A stretch of DNA of 64,000 nucleotides from Candidatus Bathyarchaeota archaeon. Its GTDB lineage: Archaea > Thermoproteota > Bathyarchaeia > Bathyarchaeales > Bathycorpusculaceae. Position 1 is the first letter of the stretch. Every line of letters starts with the position of its first letter. The stretch is from assembly GCA_963832745.1 (NCBI GenBank), contig CAWHVC010000001.1:640001-704000 (forward strand). Direction: 5' to 3'. Shown here in pieces: positions 50,663 to 61,212 of this stretch. Under the pieces are notes generated by a model, which saw only the letters and a program-made list of their open reading frames with translations, did not search any database and was not told the origin of the DNA. The position numbers were made by a program, and so were the translations under genes.

Positions 50663-51069
50663 AGCACTTAGAAGTCGTAGGTGGAATTCTGATTTTCCAA
50701 GGCAAAATCTTGTGTATGCAGCGTAATATTGGAAAATATGACTATCTGAATTTCAAATACGAGTTTCCTGGGGGAAAAGTCGAAGCAGGAGAGAATCAAC
50801 CCCAAGCACTAATGCGTGAATTAAAAGAGGAGATGGATCTCGAGATCCATGTTTCTGAAACTGATTATTTCGGTGAAGTAAGTTACCAATATCCTGATTT
50901 TGAAATCACCATGTACTGTTATCTTTGCCATCTTACCACGAATCATTTCAAACAAAAGGAGCATGCAAACTATAAATGGCTGAATCAAAATGAACTGCAC
51001 ACCTTAGATTGGGCTCCTGCAGATTATCCAATAGTAAAAAAATTAGAAAAGGTGGCCTCTCTTAAATAA
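50659..51069 (+). CDS. MutT-like NUDIX hydrolase
   Basis: ATG overlaps the upstream stop (ATGA); EFPGGKVEAGE...ALMRELKEE Nudix box, LDWAPAD. Confidence 0.9.
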   Translation: MKHLEVVGGILIFQGKILCMQRNIGKYDYLNFKYEFPGGKVEAGENQPQALMRELKEEMDLEIHVSETDYFGEVSYQYPDFEITMYCYLCHLTTNHFKQKEHANYKWLNQNELHTLDWAPADYPIVKKLEKVASLK

Positions 51070-51070
51070 C

Positions 51071-53963
51071 ATAGATGTAATTCCCGAACTGCAAAAGAGC
51101 CTAATTACGGGATGCATTGATGGTTCTTCTAAATCATTGGAAGAATACCAACCAAAATTACTTCTTAATAGTCCAGGATCAAAAGTCCTTTCAACCATTA
51201 TAGCAGAATTGAAAAAATGTGATGAATTCTTCTTTTCAGTTGCATTTGTTACAAATGGCGGGGTCGCCGTTCTTATTGAAACACTCAAAGAATTAGAAGC
51301 GAAGGGAGTTCGTGGGAAAATAATTGTATCTGAATACCAATATTTTACAGAACCGCGAGCTTTAGAACGCCTAATTGTTTTTAAGAACCTCGACATTCGA
51401 ATTATTAGCGAAGAACAGCATCTTCATTCAAAAGGTTATGTTTTACGAAATAACAAAACATTCTCTCTTATTATTGGAAGCAGTAATTTAACACAAGAAG
51501 CTCTTTGCAAGAATCAAGAATGGAACATGAAAATTATAACGTCGTCTCATGGATCGTTAATAGTAGATACTTTTGAAGAATTTAATCGACTCTACAAATG
51601 CTCAACTCCAGTAACTCTAGAATGGCTCGATACCTACAAAGAACTATACAAAAAACGACACGAAATCGAAAGGAGAATCTTGAATAAATTTGAAGAGGAT
51701 TCAACTGTACCTGTTAGACCAGTTGTTCCGAACAAAATGCAGAGTTCAGCATTAAAATCTTTGAAGTTACTCAGGTCGGAAGGTCATAAAAAGGCGCTTC
51801 TAATCTCTGCAACCGGAACAGGTAAAACTTACCTTTCGACTTTTGATGCAAAGATAGTTAATCCAAAGAGATTTCTGTTTGTTGTTCATCGTGAAAATAT
51901 TGCCAGAACTGTAATGAAATCTTTCAAGAGAATTTTTGGTGCAAGTAAAAATATGGGTATTCTGATTGGATCAGAGAAGAACTTTTCAGCCGAATATATT
52001 TTTTCAACAATTCAAACGCTTTCAAAACCTGAGATCCTTAAAAAATTCTCCTCTGATTATTTCGACTACATAGTAATTGATGAAGTCCATCGGTCAGGAG
52101 CAAAATCTTACAGAACAATCCTCGATTACTTCAATCCAAACTTCTTGCTCGGAATGACAGCAACCCCCGAAAGAACAGACGGTTATGATATTTTTAAAGC
52201 ATTTAATTACAAAATCGCTTACGAAATTAGACTTCATATAGCCTTAGAAGAGGATATGCTCTCACCTTTCCATTATTATGGAGTTACAGATATTTCGATA
52301 GATGGGAAATTATTGGACGATTATACAGAATTTAGTAAGCTTGTCTCAAATGAACGCGTTGAATCTATTATTAAAAATTCAAAGTTTTACGGATGCGACC
52401 GGGGAAGAATCAAAGGATTAATTTTCTGTAGTAGGGTTGAAGAAGCAAGGGACCTTTCAGAAAAACTCAATCTCAAAGGTTATCACACAATTGCACTATC
52501 AGGTGAAAACGATGAAAAAGAAAGAGAAGCGTGTATTGAGCGCCTTGAATCCAATAAACGAGAGGATTACCTCGACTATATTTTGACAGTTGATATTTTC
52601 AATGAAGGTGTTGACATACCATCAGTCAATCAGATCATTATGCTCCGCCCGACTCAGTCAGCCATAGTATTTGTTCAGCAACTTGGACGAGGATTACGAA
52701 AGGCTGAAGATAAGGACTTTTTGACAGTTATCGACTTCATAGGGAATTATTCCAACAACTATCTCGTACCAATCGCTCTCTATGGTGACAGTTCCTATAA
52801 CAAAGATACACTTCGGAAACTAATTTCAACGGGAAGTAACTTAATCCCGGGTGTATCTACAGTTAATTTTGACATAGTATCAAAACAAAGGATCTACGAA
52901 GCAATCGATACAGCTAAAGTTAACAGTTACAAAGAATTAAAAGACGATTATACGCTTTTAAAATACAAATTGGGACGTATTCCCTCCATGATGGATTTCG
53001 TTGAACATGGAAGCAGAGATCCGATGACGTACGTTAAAAAAGACGGTTCGTTATACGCATTTATCGATAAGCAAGAGAACATCGGCGTATTATCTCCCTT
53101 ACAAATTGGAAAGCTTAGTTTCTTTGCAAAAGAAGTATGTGATGGCAAACGATTAGAGGAAGCCCTTCTATTGAAATTGCTTATAGAAAAAGGTCAGATT
53201 TCCATAGATGAATTTACAAAAATATTAGACGAAGAACATCAGATAAAATCCCATTCAATCAACTCTGCTATTGATTACATAAATGGTAAATTCCACCAAC
53301 CGAGAGATTATGAAAAATACGGTTCAACAAAGTATATTGAATTATCTGATAAGGGAATTATCTCGAAAATAAAGGAATTTAACGAATTATTATCAATTCC
53401 AACATTCTATTTGAATTTGATGGATTCAATCAATTTTGCAATTTATAGATTCACGCATTCATTTGATTCAAAACGCTATTTCAACGGATTTTCTCTATAT
53501 AGCAAAATACTCCCGAAAAGATGTTTGCCGAATTCTAAACTGGAAGAAAGATGAACATTCCACGATCTATGGATACCAAATCAAACACAATACCTGCCCG
53601 ATTTTCGTGACTTACTCAAAAAGTGAAGATATTAATGCGAGTACAAAATATCAAGATCATTTCCTAAGTAACAGAAATTTCCATTGGATGACTAGGAATA
53701 ATAGAACAGTTGACTCCCAAGATGTTCTAAAAATTCAAAAGTATAAGGAAACAGGATTAAGAATTTGCTTATTTTTGAAAAAATCCGATGCAGAAAGCGA
53801 TGATTTCTATTATATTGGTGATTTAACCCCTTACGAATATAATTCACAAACAATCAAAGATGATTCAGGTGCTAACCGCCCGATAGTCAACATCAATTTT
53901 GAAATAACCACCCCTGTTGCTGAAAATATTTACAACTATTTGATAGCAGAAGAAAGAAATTAA
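51071..53963 (+). CDS. SauUSI-like type IV (modification-dependent) restriction enzyme: PLD nuclease, SF2 helicase, DUF3427; frameshift near 53505; start uncertain
   Basis: YQPKLLLN, SVAFVT, HSKGY, GSSNLT, ATGTGKT, DEVHR, TATPERTD, FNEGVDIP, QQLGRGLR; C-terminal YSRKDVCRILNW..IYGY..CPIFVTY after removing one A from an A-run. Confidence 0.85.
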
Positions 53964-54110
53964 GTATGTTAACTTCATTTATTTAATGCATTAATTTTTT
54001 CAATAATTTAAACCAGCAAGCGTCAAATTAATTTCTGAAGTAATAACTTGTATGGCAATAAACCGATTCTTGATGTTACTGGATGACTAACCACCGTTGA
54101 TGGCTTCAAT

Positions 54111-54340
54111 TCAATTAAAATCACTGAATCGACGTGAAGAAGCGTAGAGGTGGATTTTGCCTTTTGGAATCCAAAATACCTTGTAGTCTTTGAGTAGTTG
54201 TTTTAGTGCCCAGCGAACGGTGTTGCAGTTGAGGTCAAGTTCTTCTGCTATTAGTTTGGGCACCAGTAGGCGTCGCTTAATGGTTTTTGCTCCAAGAAAT
54301 CCAAGACACTATAGTATGCGTTGGCAGACGTGTTGGTCGT
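54111..54340 (-). pseudogene. Winged-helix DNA-binding protein remnant; 5' end approximate
   Basis: VLDFLEQKP...(frameshift)...PKLIAEELDLNCNTVRWALKQL...IHLYA. Confidence 0.5.
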
Positions 54341-54536
54341 GTTGGCGCTTGAAGCCTCAGGTTGTCTTTTCGCAGATATAGCCAAGGCTAAAGCGCCTCT
54401 GTGCCGGTGTTACTGTGAAAAAGCAGGTTGGCTTGTTGCCTTCTTATTAAAAAATGTTTACAAAAATAGAAAAAGGAGAGAATGTGCTATGTCTCCGAGG
54501 CCTCTTTTCATACAGATCACGCCTGGGCACCTGTAA

Positions 54537-54548
54537 CTCCCGGGCTAC
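54537..54548 (+). repeat. Possible att remnant (12-bp match to the tRNA-Gln 3' end)
   Basis: CTCCCGGGCTAC, same orientation as the other att copies. Confidence 0.5.
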
Positions 54549-55486
54549 TTGATTCTTTTAGTCAATTGTAAGTTTTCTTGGGTCACTTTTTGTTTAGCTT
54601 TGTTTGTATGTTTTGTCCAGATGCGGTGGATATTTTTTTGGAGAAAATTATCTAAAATATAGAACATGAATCCGAAAATCATAGTCAAAGTAATGTACCA
54701 TGCTATCGCCCACTCGAAACCTAACCCGAATTGAATAGGCGGCAAATAATGTAAAAATATTGCATGTACAAGATAAACATAAAAGCTCAACGCTCCCCCG
54801 GCTGCTAACCATATCGGGGCTTTGGATTTCCAGTATAGCCCTTGCCTTATAATAAATATGCCCAGACCAAAAGTGAATATTTCGCAAAGTGGAAACCAGT
54901 CAGTTATTCCGGTGTATTGTGGAAAGCAATACCACGTTACAGCTTTAGAGGCAATGAATATGGCAAATAGTGCAGTGATGCTCACATTTGGACGCTTTTT
55001 TATTGCAGTATAAACTATTGGGAACAATAAGTAAAGTGAAACTATCAACCCAATGAACCAATAAGTGCTGTTAATTTTTTGCCAACTGTCATCAGTTATA
55101 AAGAATATTTGAAATCCACTAAAATTTCGAAGATAATCCGTTATCGTCAACGGAGATGAAATAGGCATTGTAAGTATGCTGAAAAGAACCGCTACCCAGT
55201 AGATAGGATAAATCCTTAAAAGCCGATTAACGTAGAACTTGCCCACATTTTTTAGCGAACCAAAATTGTAATCTCTAAGTGCCAAAGAAGCACCACTTGC
55301 AAAAATAAACAGCCATACTCCGATGCTTCCAAGATCAATATGAAAAGCTGGATGAGAAACAGGATAAATAATGTAAGAATAAAGCCACGGGAAAAAAGTG
55401 AAGCCACCATTGTATTGAAGATGATGAATAATAATAAATAATATACCGATTACTCGAAGGGAATCAATAAAGGCTATTCGAGGCAT
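54545..55486 (-). CDS. Acyltransferase family 3 (OafA-like)
   Basis: RIAFIDSLR, HH, GVWLFIFASG, RLLRIYP, WFI, SFYVYLVH. Confidence 0.88.
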   Translation of the reverse strand: MPRIAFIDSLRVIGILFIIIHHLQYNGGFTFFPWLYSYIIYPVSHPAFHIDLGSIGVWLFIFASGASLALRDYNFGSLKNVGKFYVNRLLRIYPIYWVAVLFSILTMPISSPLTITDYLRNFSGFQIFFITDDSWQKINSTYWFIGLIVSLYLLFPIVYTAIKKRPNVSITALFAIFIASKAVTWYCFPQYTGITDWFPLCEIFTFGLGIFIIRQGLYWKSKAPIWLAAGGALSFYVYLVHAIFLHYLPPIQFGLGFEWAIAWYITLTMIFGFMFYILDNFLQKNIHRIWTKHTNKAKQKVTQENLQLTKRIK

Positions 55487-55569
55487 TCGTGCAATTATCA
55501 GCGTCTGTTAATTATAAATCTTAGGTGAACACCTATCTAACAACTGTAGAGAATAGTTTGGGATAAGAT

Positions 55570-55815
55570 ATGCCGTTAACAAATGAACAACAAGAAAAAA
55601 TCCGCGCCTGGCTGACATCTAAAAACGCTAACTCGAAATGTCCAATGTGTGGCAAAAATCAGTGGGCTTTTGGAGAAATCATCACCGCCAACTTAGTTAA
55701 TGAAAAAGGCAAAACAGAACCAGACCAATATAGTCCAGCCATGGTTCAAATTGTTTGTACTAACTGTGGCTTTCTAAGACTACACTTAATTCACAAAGAC
55801 ATAGGCATATTCTAA
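55570..55815 (+). CDS. Small zinc-ribbon protein
   Basis: CPMCG...CTNCG. Confidence 0.65.
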   Translation: MPLTNEQQEKIRAWLTSKNANSKCPMCGKNQWAFGEIITANLVNEKGKTEPDQYSPAMVQIVCTNCGFLRLHLIHKDIGIF

Positions 55816-55849
55816 AGCAGCCTTTTTGCCTTTAGGGAAAAATAAGGGG

Positions 55850-57283
55850 TTATGAAAGGCTATGTATAAAGCCTCTTATCACTTCTGACGCTGACTTGAC
55901 CAGAGGATGATCTATTTGGTAAGACTGCGGCAGACTACGCAAACGGGCGATTCTAAAGTAAATGGGTGGATGAGGATCCGCGCTTAACCACTCTTGAAAA
56001 CGAAAAGAAGGCGTACGTTCAAATAGTAATCTTTGAAAACCTATCTTTTCCAGTGCATCAGCTAAAATGTTAGGATTACCTATGACCATTGCTGAAATCA
56101 AGTCTGCTCTAGCTTCGAAAAATTTGGCGATAAAATAGGTCAACGTCAACAAAGCCCACAAATAGATGAATAATAGTAGAAAAGAAGTCGTAGGCAAAAA
56201 TGTAAAAATCACAAAGAACCAAAAGAGGTACTGCACTGCTGATAAACCGTATAGCCATAGAGGGTCACGTCCTCTTAAATGGCCAAATTCGTGCCCCAGA
56301 ACACTTATTATTTCCTCATCTTTAAGCTGCAAAAACGTTCCCGTTGTTATCAAAACTACGCCTCGACTAGGACTTGGACCAGAAGCAGCCGCATTAGGAA
56401 GCAGAGTATTTGAAACAACGATTTCAGGCACCTTGTAACCAAACTTGTCAGCGGTAACCCTTACAATCTCATACACGTTTACTTTGCGAGCAATTAAATT
56501 TTCAGATTTGCAGTCAATCCCAAACTGGGAAAAGATAGCGTGTGCTTTTTGGCAATCAAGTTCACCTCGTTCAGCTATTGTTTCTTGATAAATTTGTTTC
56601 TTTAAGCTGGCTATGTCTTTAGGATTCATTTTTTTGACGGGATTATCTTCTCCAGAAGAGAGGGGATACTGCAGGATATGTATGTAAGGGTTTTCTTTTG
56701 TGATGTGCCAGTCTGCGGTTCTAGCAATTATTTTGTTTGAGTAGAAAACGAAGATGAACTGGATGGCAAGCAATACTACCACAACCAATGGCCCAATAAT
56801 TAGAAAAAGAAATACCCCAAGAACCATAAAAACTGCAATTAACGCAATCTGAGTTTCCAATAAAATGCGGCGTAATGACTTGTTTTCTTTTCCTGTAACA
56901 GTTTCAGGTAAAATTGATTCGCCCTCGCGCCAAGCAAAAAACAAACTATTCTGCCTAATTTGAGTCTCGAAAAGGTTTACCGCAATATCAATGTCTTCTT
57001 TAGCCTTAGTAATTTCAGTTTCTAAAACGTCTTCTGTAAGGGAAGTTATTTTTAGGTTAACATTTTTTTCGCCTGAGGCTTGAACAGCAAGCACTCGTTT
57101 CCCTGAAGCATCTTTAATTGAAAAAGCTACAAAAAAGCTACTTTGAGAAATATCAGCAAATCGGTCTTTTTGAGGAACAAGGTAAAATCGGTATATGTAC
57201 TCATAAAGTTTGCCCATGTAGCTTTGGGGAACCTCAGGATTGATTGTGTAAGAATACGTTTTTATCGACAAACCATTCACCAT
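55850..57283 (-). CDS. M48-family (HtpX-like) zinc metalloprotease with N-terminal extension
   Basis: PNAAA, HEFGH, FEARAD, DPHPP. Confidence 0.88.
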   Translation of the reverse strand: MVNGLSIKTYSYTINPEVPQSYMGKLYEYIYRFYLVPQKDRFADISQSSFFVAFSIKDASGKRVLAVQASGEKNVNLKITSLTEDVLETEITKAKEDIDIAVNLFETQIRQNSLFFAWREGESILPETVTGKENKSLRRILLETQIALIAVFMVLGVFLFLIIGPLVVVVLLAIQFIFVFYSNKIIARTADWHITKENPYIHILQYPLSSGEDNPVKKMNPKDIASLKKQIYQETIAERGELDCQKAHAIFSQFGIDCKSENLIARKVNVYEIVRVTADKFGYKVPEIVVSNTLLPNAAASGPSPSRGVVLITTGTFLQLKDEEIISVLGHEFGHLRGRDPLWLYGLSAVQYLFWFFVIFTFLPTTSFLLLFIYLWALLTLTYFIAKFFEARADLISAMVIGNPNILADALEKIGFQRLLFERTPSFRFQEWLSADPHPPIYFRIARLRSLPQSYQIDHPLVKSASEVIRGFIHSLS

Positions 57284-57429
57284 TCGGGTTACCTAACAAC
57301 TAAAATTTTTGAACAAATAAACAAGCGTTATTGTTCTTATTAATTTAGAGGTTTATTGCTTTTACCTTTTTCTGTTCTACCATACTTTAATGCACACTTA
57401 ATCTTTCGACTCAGCAAGAAAGATTACGT

Positions 57430-58413
57430 TTAGTTTTGCTCTGGAGCAAGCATCGATGGATAAGAAGCGGCAGGATACTTTTCATGCAAAAGAAGCAGCA
57501 AACCCAAAACCGAACTATGCCAGTTTGAACCCTCAACTGTAATGTTTGAAGCCTGCCAGCCACCATCAATGTTTTGTGCTGCAACCACGTTTTGAATAAA
57601 TTGAGGGTTAACCATAAAGTTTTGCCCTGCCATACAAAGGAAGGCTGCAGCTTCAAGCTCCAAATCTGTAACCACAACATCATTGTTGATTAACGCCGCG
57701 TTTGCGAGATAAATAGCAGTATAAAAACCGTCTGGCACATACAGGTCAACACCGTTTTCGTGTACCCAAATTGTTGCCAGCAAAGCGTGAGTAACCATGT
57801 AGTCTTGGCTGCTTGCCACCTGAGCAAGCTTTTCTGCATAATTTGATGGCAATCCATAGCGGTTACAGTACAATGCAGGAACGGTTAGTTTATCAGTTTC
57901 TGAAGTTACAGCCTGCAAATCCCCACTCTGTACAGGGTTATTGTAGTCTGCGATTCGGCGAAACAGACGAAACATGGGCAAGTTTTCTTGTGGACTTTGA
58001 GTTAAGCTCTGGTCATAACGCTGTAGCGTGTCATTGAACAGTGTAATGTTGAAGCGTCGGTAGGCTACGTTTAGCCATAAAAGAGCATACGGTTCAGTTG
58101 TGTTTTGCAAGTACATTGTTGCGTTCGCTATTGCTTGGTCTAAAGTTCGATTTGATACATGTATAGAAGGTTCAGGGGTTGTTTGGGAGTTTGTTTGTTG
58201 TGTTGGTTGAGGCGTGTTTGTTGGTTTAGTAATTGGCGTGTTTTGTGGTGTTGTCTTAGGTATATTTACTGGTGTTTGTGTTGGAGGTTGTATTGTTTGT
58301 CTAGGTAGAAAGTCACCTTGAGATGCCCAAGGATACTGCAGCAATATAGGTACTGCCAAAACACTGCAAAACAAAAGAAATAAGCCAACGGCAACAAATT
58401 GTTTCTTCAACAA
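57430..58413 (-). CDS. Secreted alpha-helical protein with a P/T/Q linker, possible alpha/alpha-barrel
   Basis: Signal anchor, low-complexity linker, YMVTHALL and AQNIDGGW (QW-like) motifs. Confidence 0.55.
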   Translation of the reverse strand: MLKKQFVAVGLFLLFCSVLAVPILLQYPWASQGDFLPRQTIQPPTQTPVNIPKTTPQNTPITKPTNTPQPTQQTNSQTTPEPSIHVSNRTLDQAIANATMYLQNTTEPYALLWLNVAYRRFNITLFNDTLQRYDQSLTQSPQENLPMFRLFRRIADYNNPVQSGDLQAVTSETDKLTVPALYCNRYGLPSNYAEKLAQVASSQDYMVTHALLATIWVHENGVDLYVPDGFYTAIYLANAALINNDVVVTDLELEAAAFLCMAGQNFMVNPQFIQNVVAAQNIDGGWQASNITVEGSNWHSSVLGLLLLLHEKYPAASYPSMLAPEQN

Positions 58414-58523
58414 CTCTTTTTCCTTGATACCTGTTTTGCTTATTTTGCATTAATATTTTGCGAGAGAATCAGGGCTTGGTTAAATTTATAAACAAACAAA
58501 AACATGTACAGTTGTGATTTAAA

Positions 58524-59336
58524 TTGCCTTATTGCGAAAAATGTGGTACACAAGTTAACCCTGACGCTAACTTCTGCAAAAACTGCGGAGCAAAACTAAA
58601 CCCCATCCAAACGCCCAGACAAGTTCAAACAGCACCTGTTCAGCCAACCGCCTTTGTGCCGCCGCCAACGCCCGTACAGTCACAGGCCCAAGCTGCACCC
58701 GTGTATCAAGCTCCACCAACATACCAACCAACTCAAGCACCTCCAGCGGCAAAGTATCAAGAGCCAACATCTGCCCCACAGCCAGCACCAAATGTTCAAC
58801 CTGAAATACCTCAACAGAGAACAAACGCAACACAGACTATCGGCGCTATCGCCTTAAGAAGACCTAAATCTTTTGGAAGATACGACAGTTTCACGGGAGT
58901 ATTGACGACTGAACAGTTTATTATTGCACAAATGACAAGCGACATGGTTAAAGATGCAGCGATGCAAGCACGTGACGAAGCAAAAGCAAATGGAAAAGGT
59001 TTTTTTGGTCAATGGTCAGAGCAGCTTAAAGCATCCTTTGGCTACACAAAAAAATATCTCACAATGGAGCCTGCAGCGATTATTGCTGAGACACCTGGCA
59101 ACTTTGCCATAGATAACAATTCAATATCAGAAATTAAGTTAAAAAACAGGTACTTGGACCAGGATAACAGTAGACAAGAATGGGAAATACAGATTCATTC
59201 ATTTAGCGGCAAATATGAATTCAGAATGGACGATAATAGCAATTTTGTGGAAATGTTAAAGCAGGCTTATCCTGACAGGGTTAAATTTCCGTTTGGATAC
59301 TTCTCTAAAGGTGGAGTAAAGCTAAAACTTTTCTAA
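58524..59336 (+). CDS. Zinc-ribbon domain protein with a Pro/Gln linker
   Basis: YCEKCG...FCKNCG, P/Q/A-rich linker, C-terminal globular domain. Confidence 0.75.
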   Translation: MPYCEKCGTQVNPDANFCKNCGAKLNPIQTPRQVQTAPVQPTAFVPPPTPVQSQAQAAPVYQAPPTYQPTQAPPAAKYQEPTSAPQPAPNVQPEIPQQRTNATQTIGAIALRRPKSFGRYDSFTGVLTTEQFIIAQMTSDMVKDAAMQARDEAKANGKGFFGQWSEQLKASFGYTKKYLTMEPAAIIAETPGNFAIDNNSISEIKLKNRYLDQDNSRQEWEIQIHSFSGKYEFRMDDNSNFVEMLKQAYPDRVKFPFGYFSKGGVKLKLF

Positions 59337-59654
59337 ACTTTTTTTTCTATAAAAAATTAAACAAGCATTTTGGGTTAATTTATTATTTACATGTAGCTTA
59401 AAACCAGTTGAAATAAAGTAACTACCTTGCCTCCTCGTGCTGGAATTCCTATCAAAAGTTAGGCTTGCAGGCGTTGCAGTAACAGGGGCAGTCATGCTTT
59501 ATATGGTCTCAGCAAAGCAGAACTGGATTATATCGAGTGGTTCCCTGCTAGAAGTGACAAAATACAAATAAATTTAGTCCATCATGTTAAACTTAAACAA
59601 AAAGTAGGATAAATTAAGGGATTCAAAGCTTTACGCTAAGCTAATAACAAGTGA

Positions 59655-59927
59655 TCAAAACCGTTCGAGCAGAGAAGATCTAGAAGGAATATTGTTTATA
59701 GCAATTGAATAGTCTATGGGGGCACCCTGATTTGTTGAGGTAGTTGAAGGGGACGGCGTTGTGGTGTTGTCTGGCGATGGACTTACGTTGGCGCCCGGGT
59801 TTACTGGATGCGTCGGAATAGGAGGTCCCAAAGATATCCCAATAACAACTATGAAAACTATCGCGATTACTAAAACAACTGCAAGAATAGATCTACGTCT
59901 TCGATGAAATGGTACATTTTCTGTCAA
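59655..59927 (-). CDS. Short membrane-anchored Pro/Thr-rich protein, probably truncated
   Basis: RRRR, TM and PSP/T linker, with no substantial domain after it. Confidence 0.4.
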   Translation of the reverse strand: MTENVPFHRRRRSILAVVLVIAIVFIVVIGISLGPPIPTHPVNPGANVSPSPDNTTTPSPSTTSTNQGAPIDYSIAINNIPSRSSLLERF

Positions 59928-60015
59928 ACTATTTCACCTAACTGCGTTTTAACCAAAACAAACATGAAAGTTTAAAGGTGTGTGACTGAAACAGCTCAAT
60001 CACAAAAAAAGCCGG

Positions 60016-60110
60016 TCTATTTGGAGCCTATTATAAATTCATTGCAGAAACCTATAGGGTAGGTTCTTATGGGCAGAAAAAGCGCCAAAAAGTATGTCGA
60101 AATTCAGTGC
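60016..60110. repeat. Dispersed copy of the CTAT/G-string repeat
   Basis: TCTATTTGGAGCCTA...TGCAGAAACCTATAGGGTAGGTTC...GAAAAA.CGCCA matches 17743-17860 and 15453-15503. Confidence 0.8.
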
Positions 60111-60189
60111 TAATTTGGTTTTGTTTTTGGCGATTTTTTTATAAGCTTCAAGTGGGCGTATTATTTTTCTGTAGGAGTACTGACTTGCG

Positions 60190-61212
60190 TTGACTGTTTA
60201 TTTTGTACCTTGGAATGCTGACAAAAACTTGCTTTTGGAGGCCGAGCGGCTGTACAAAAAAGCTGGAACCTTTGACTGCATACACAAAGGCGATTTAGTC
60301 GCCGTTAAACTGCACGTTGGAGAACTTGGAAACCCCAGTTACGTACAACCCTTCTTTGTTCACCACATCATCCAAAAAATCAAAGAAGCAGGCGGAAAAC
60401 CGTTTCTCACCGACTCAAACACGTACTATCTGGCGCAAAGACACAATGCTGTCGACCACATACATACCGCGCTCATGAACGGTTTCAACATGGCACCCTT
60501 CATCGTTGCAGACGGCCTACAAAGTGAAAACTACCGCACAGTCAAAACCAAAGGCATCCTCAACGAAATCGAGGTTTCAGGCGCCATAGCCGAAGCAGAT
60601 ACAATGATCGTTATATCCCACTGCAAAGGTCATGAACTCAGCGGGTTCGGAGGAGCCATCAAAAACTTGGGCATGGGCTGCACTTCACGCACAGGAAAAC
60701 TGCGTCAGCACCGAGTTATCGGATTGGAAATTGACCAGTCAAAATGCACGGGATGTGGGAAATGCAAAACAGTTTGCGCCTTTGACGTGCCAGAGATTAT
60801 TGAAGGAAAAGCCCACAACACTTCGCCCCTGTGCATGCGGTGTCCCGTCTGCAGAAGCGAATGCCCAATGGAGGCCATTAAGTTTGTCAATCAAGAGAAC
60901 ATTTGCAAAGCACTCGCATCAGCAGCTTTCGGTGTCCTTGAAACCTTTAAACCGGGAAAGGTCTCGTACGTCAACTTCGCCAAAGACATCACCCAGTACT
61001 GCGATTGTCTACCAAGCCCTGGAGCGCCAATAATGAATGACATCGGCATTTTCGCATCCGGCTCACCGATTTCAGCAGACGCCGCTTTCTTACAAAAAGC
61101 CAATTACCAAATCTTCAACAAGCTTTCCGGCGTGGACTGTATGACACAAATCACCGAAGCCCTAAACCTTGGTATACCGGGCGAAGCTAAACCTGAAATA
61201 CAGACAGTTTAA
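60190..61212 (+). CDS. DUF362-family iron-sulfur protein
   Basis: VAVKLHVGELGN, SHCKGH, GGAIKNLGMGC, CTGCGKC..C and CMRCPVC..ECP ferredoxin motifs, CDC. Confidence 0.85.
   Translation: MTVYFVPWNADKNLLLEAERLYKKAGTFDCIHKGDLVAVKLHVGELGNPSYVQPFFVHHIIQKIKEAGGKPFLTDSNTYYLAQRHNAVDHIHTALMNGFNMAPFIVADGLQSENYRTVKTKGILNEIEVSGAIAEADTMIVISHCKGHELSGFGGAIKNLGMGCTSRTGKLRQHRVIGLEIDQSKCTGCGKCKTVCAFDVPEIIEGKAHNTSPLCMRCPVCRSECPMEAIKFVNQENICKALASAAFGVLETFKPGKVSYVNFAKDITQYCDCLPSPGAPIMNDIGIFASGSPISADAAFLQKANYQIFNKLSGVDCMTQITEALNLGIPGEAKPEIQTV

Larger units (their letters stand above)
45826..54548. mobile_element. Probable second, tandem integrated element (~8.7 kb)
   Basis: Second integrase abuts att; RHH and wHTH genes; defence cargo; CTCCCGGGCTAC at 54537-54548 matches tRNA 30959-30970. 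Confidence 0.55.
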
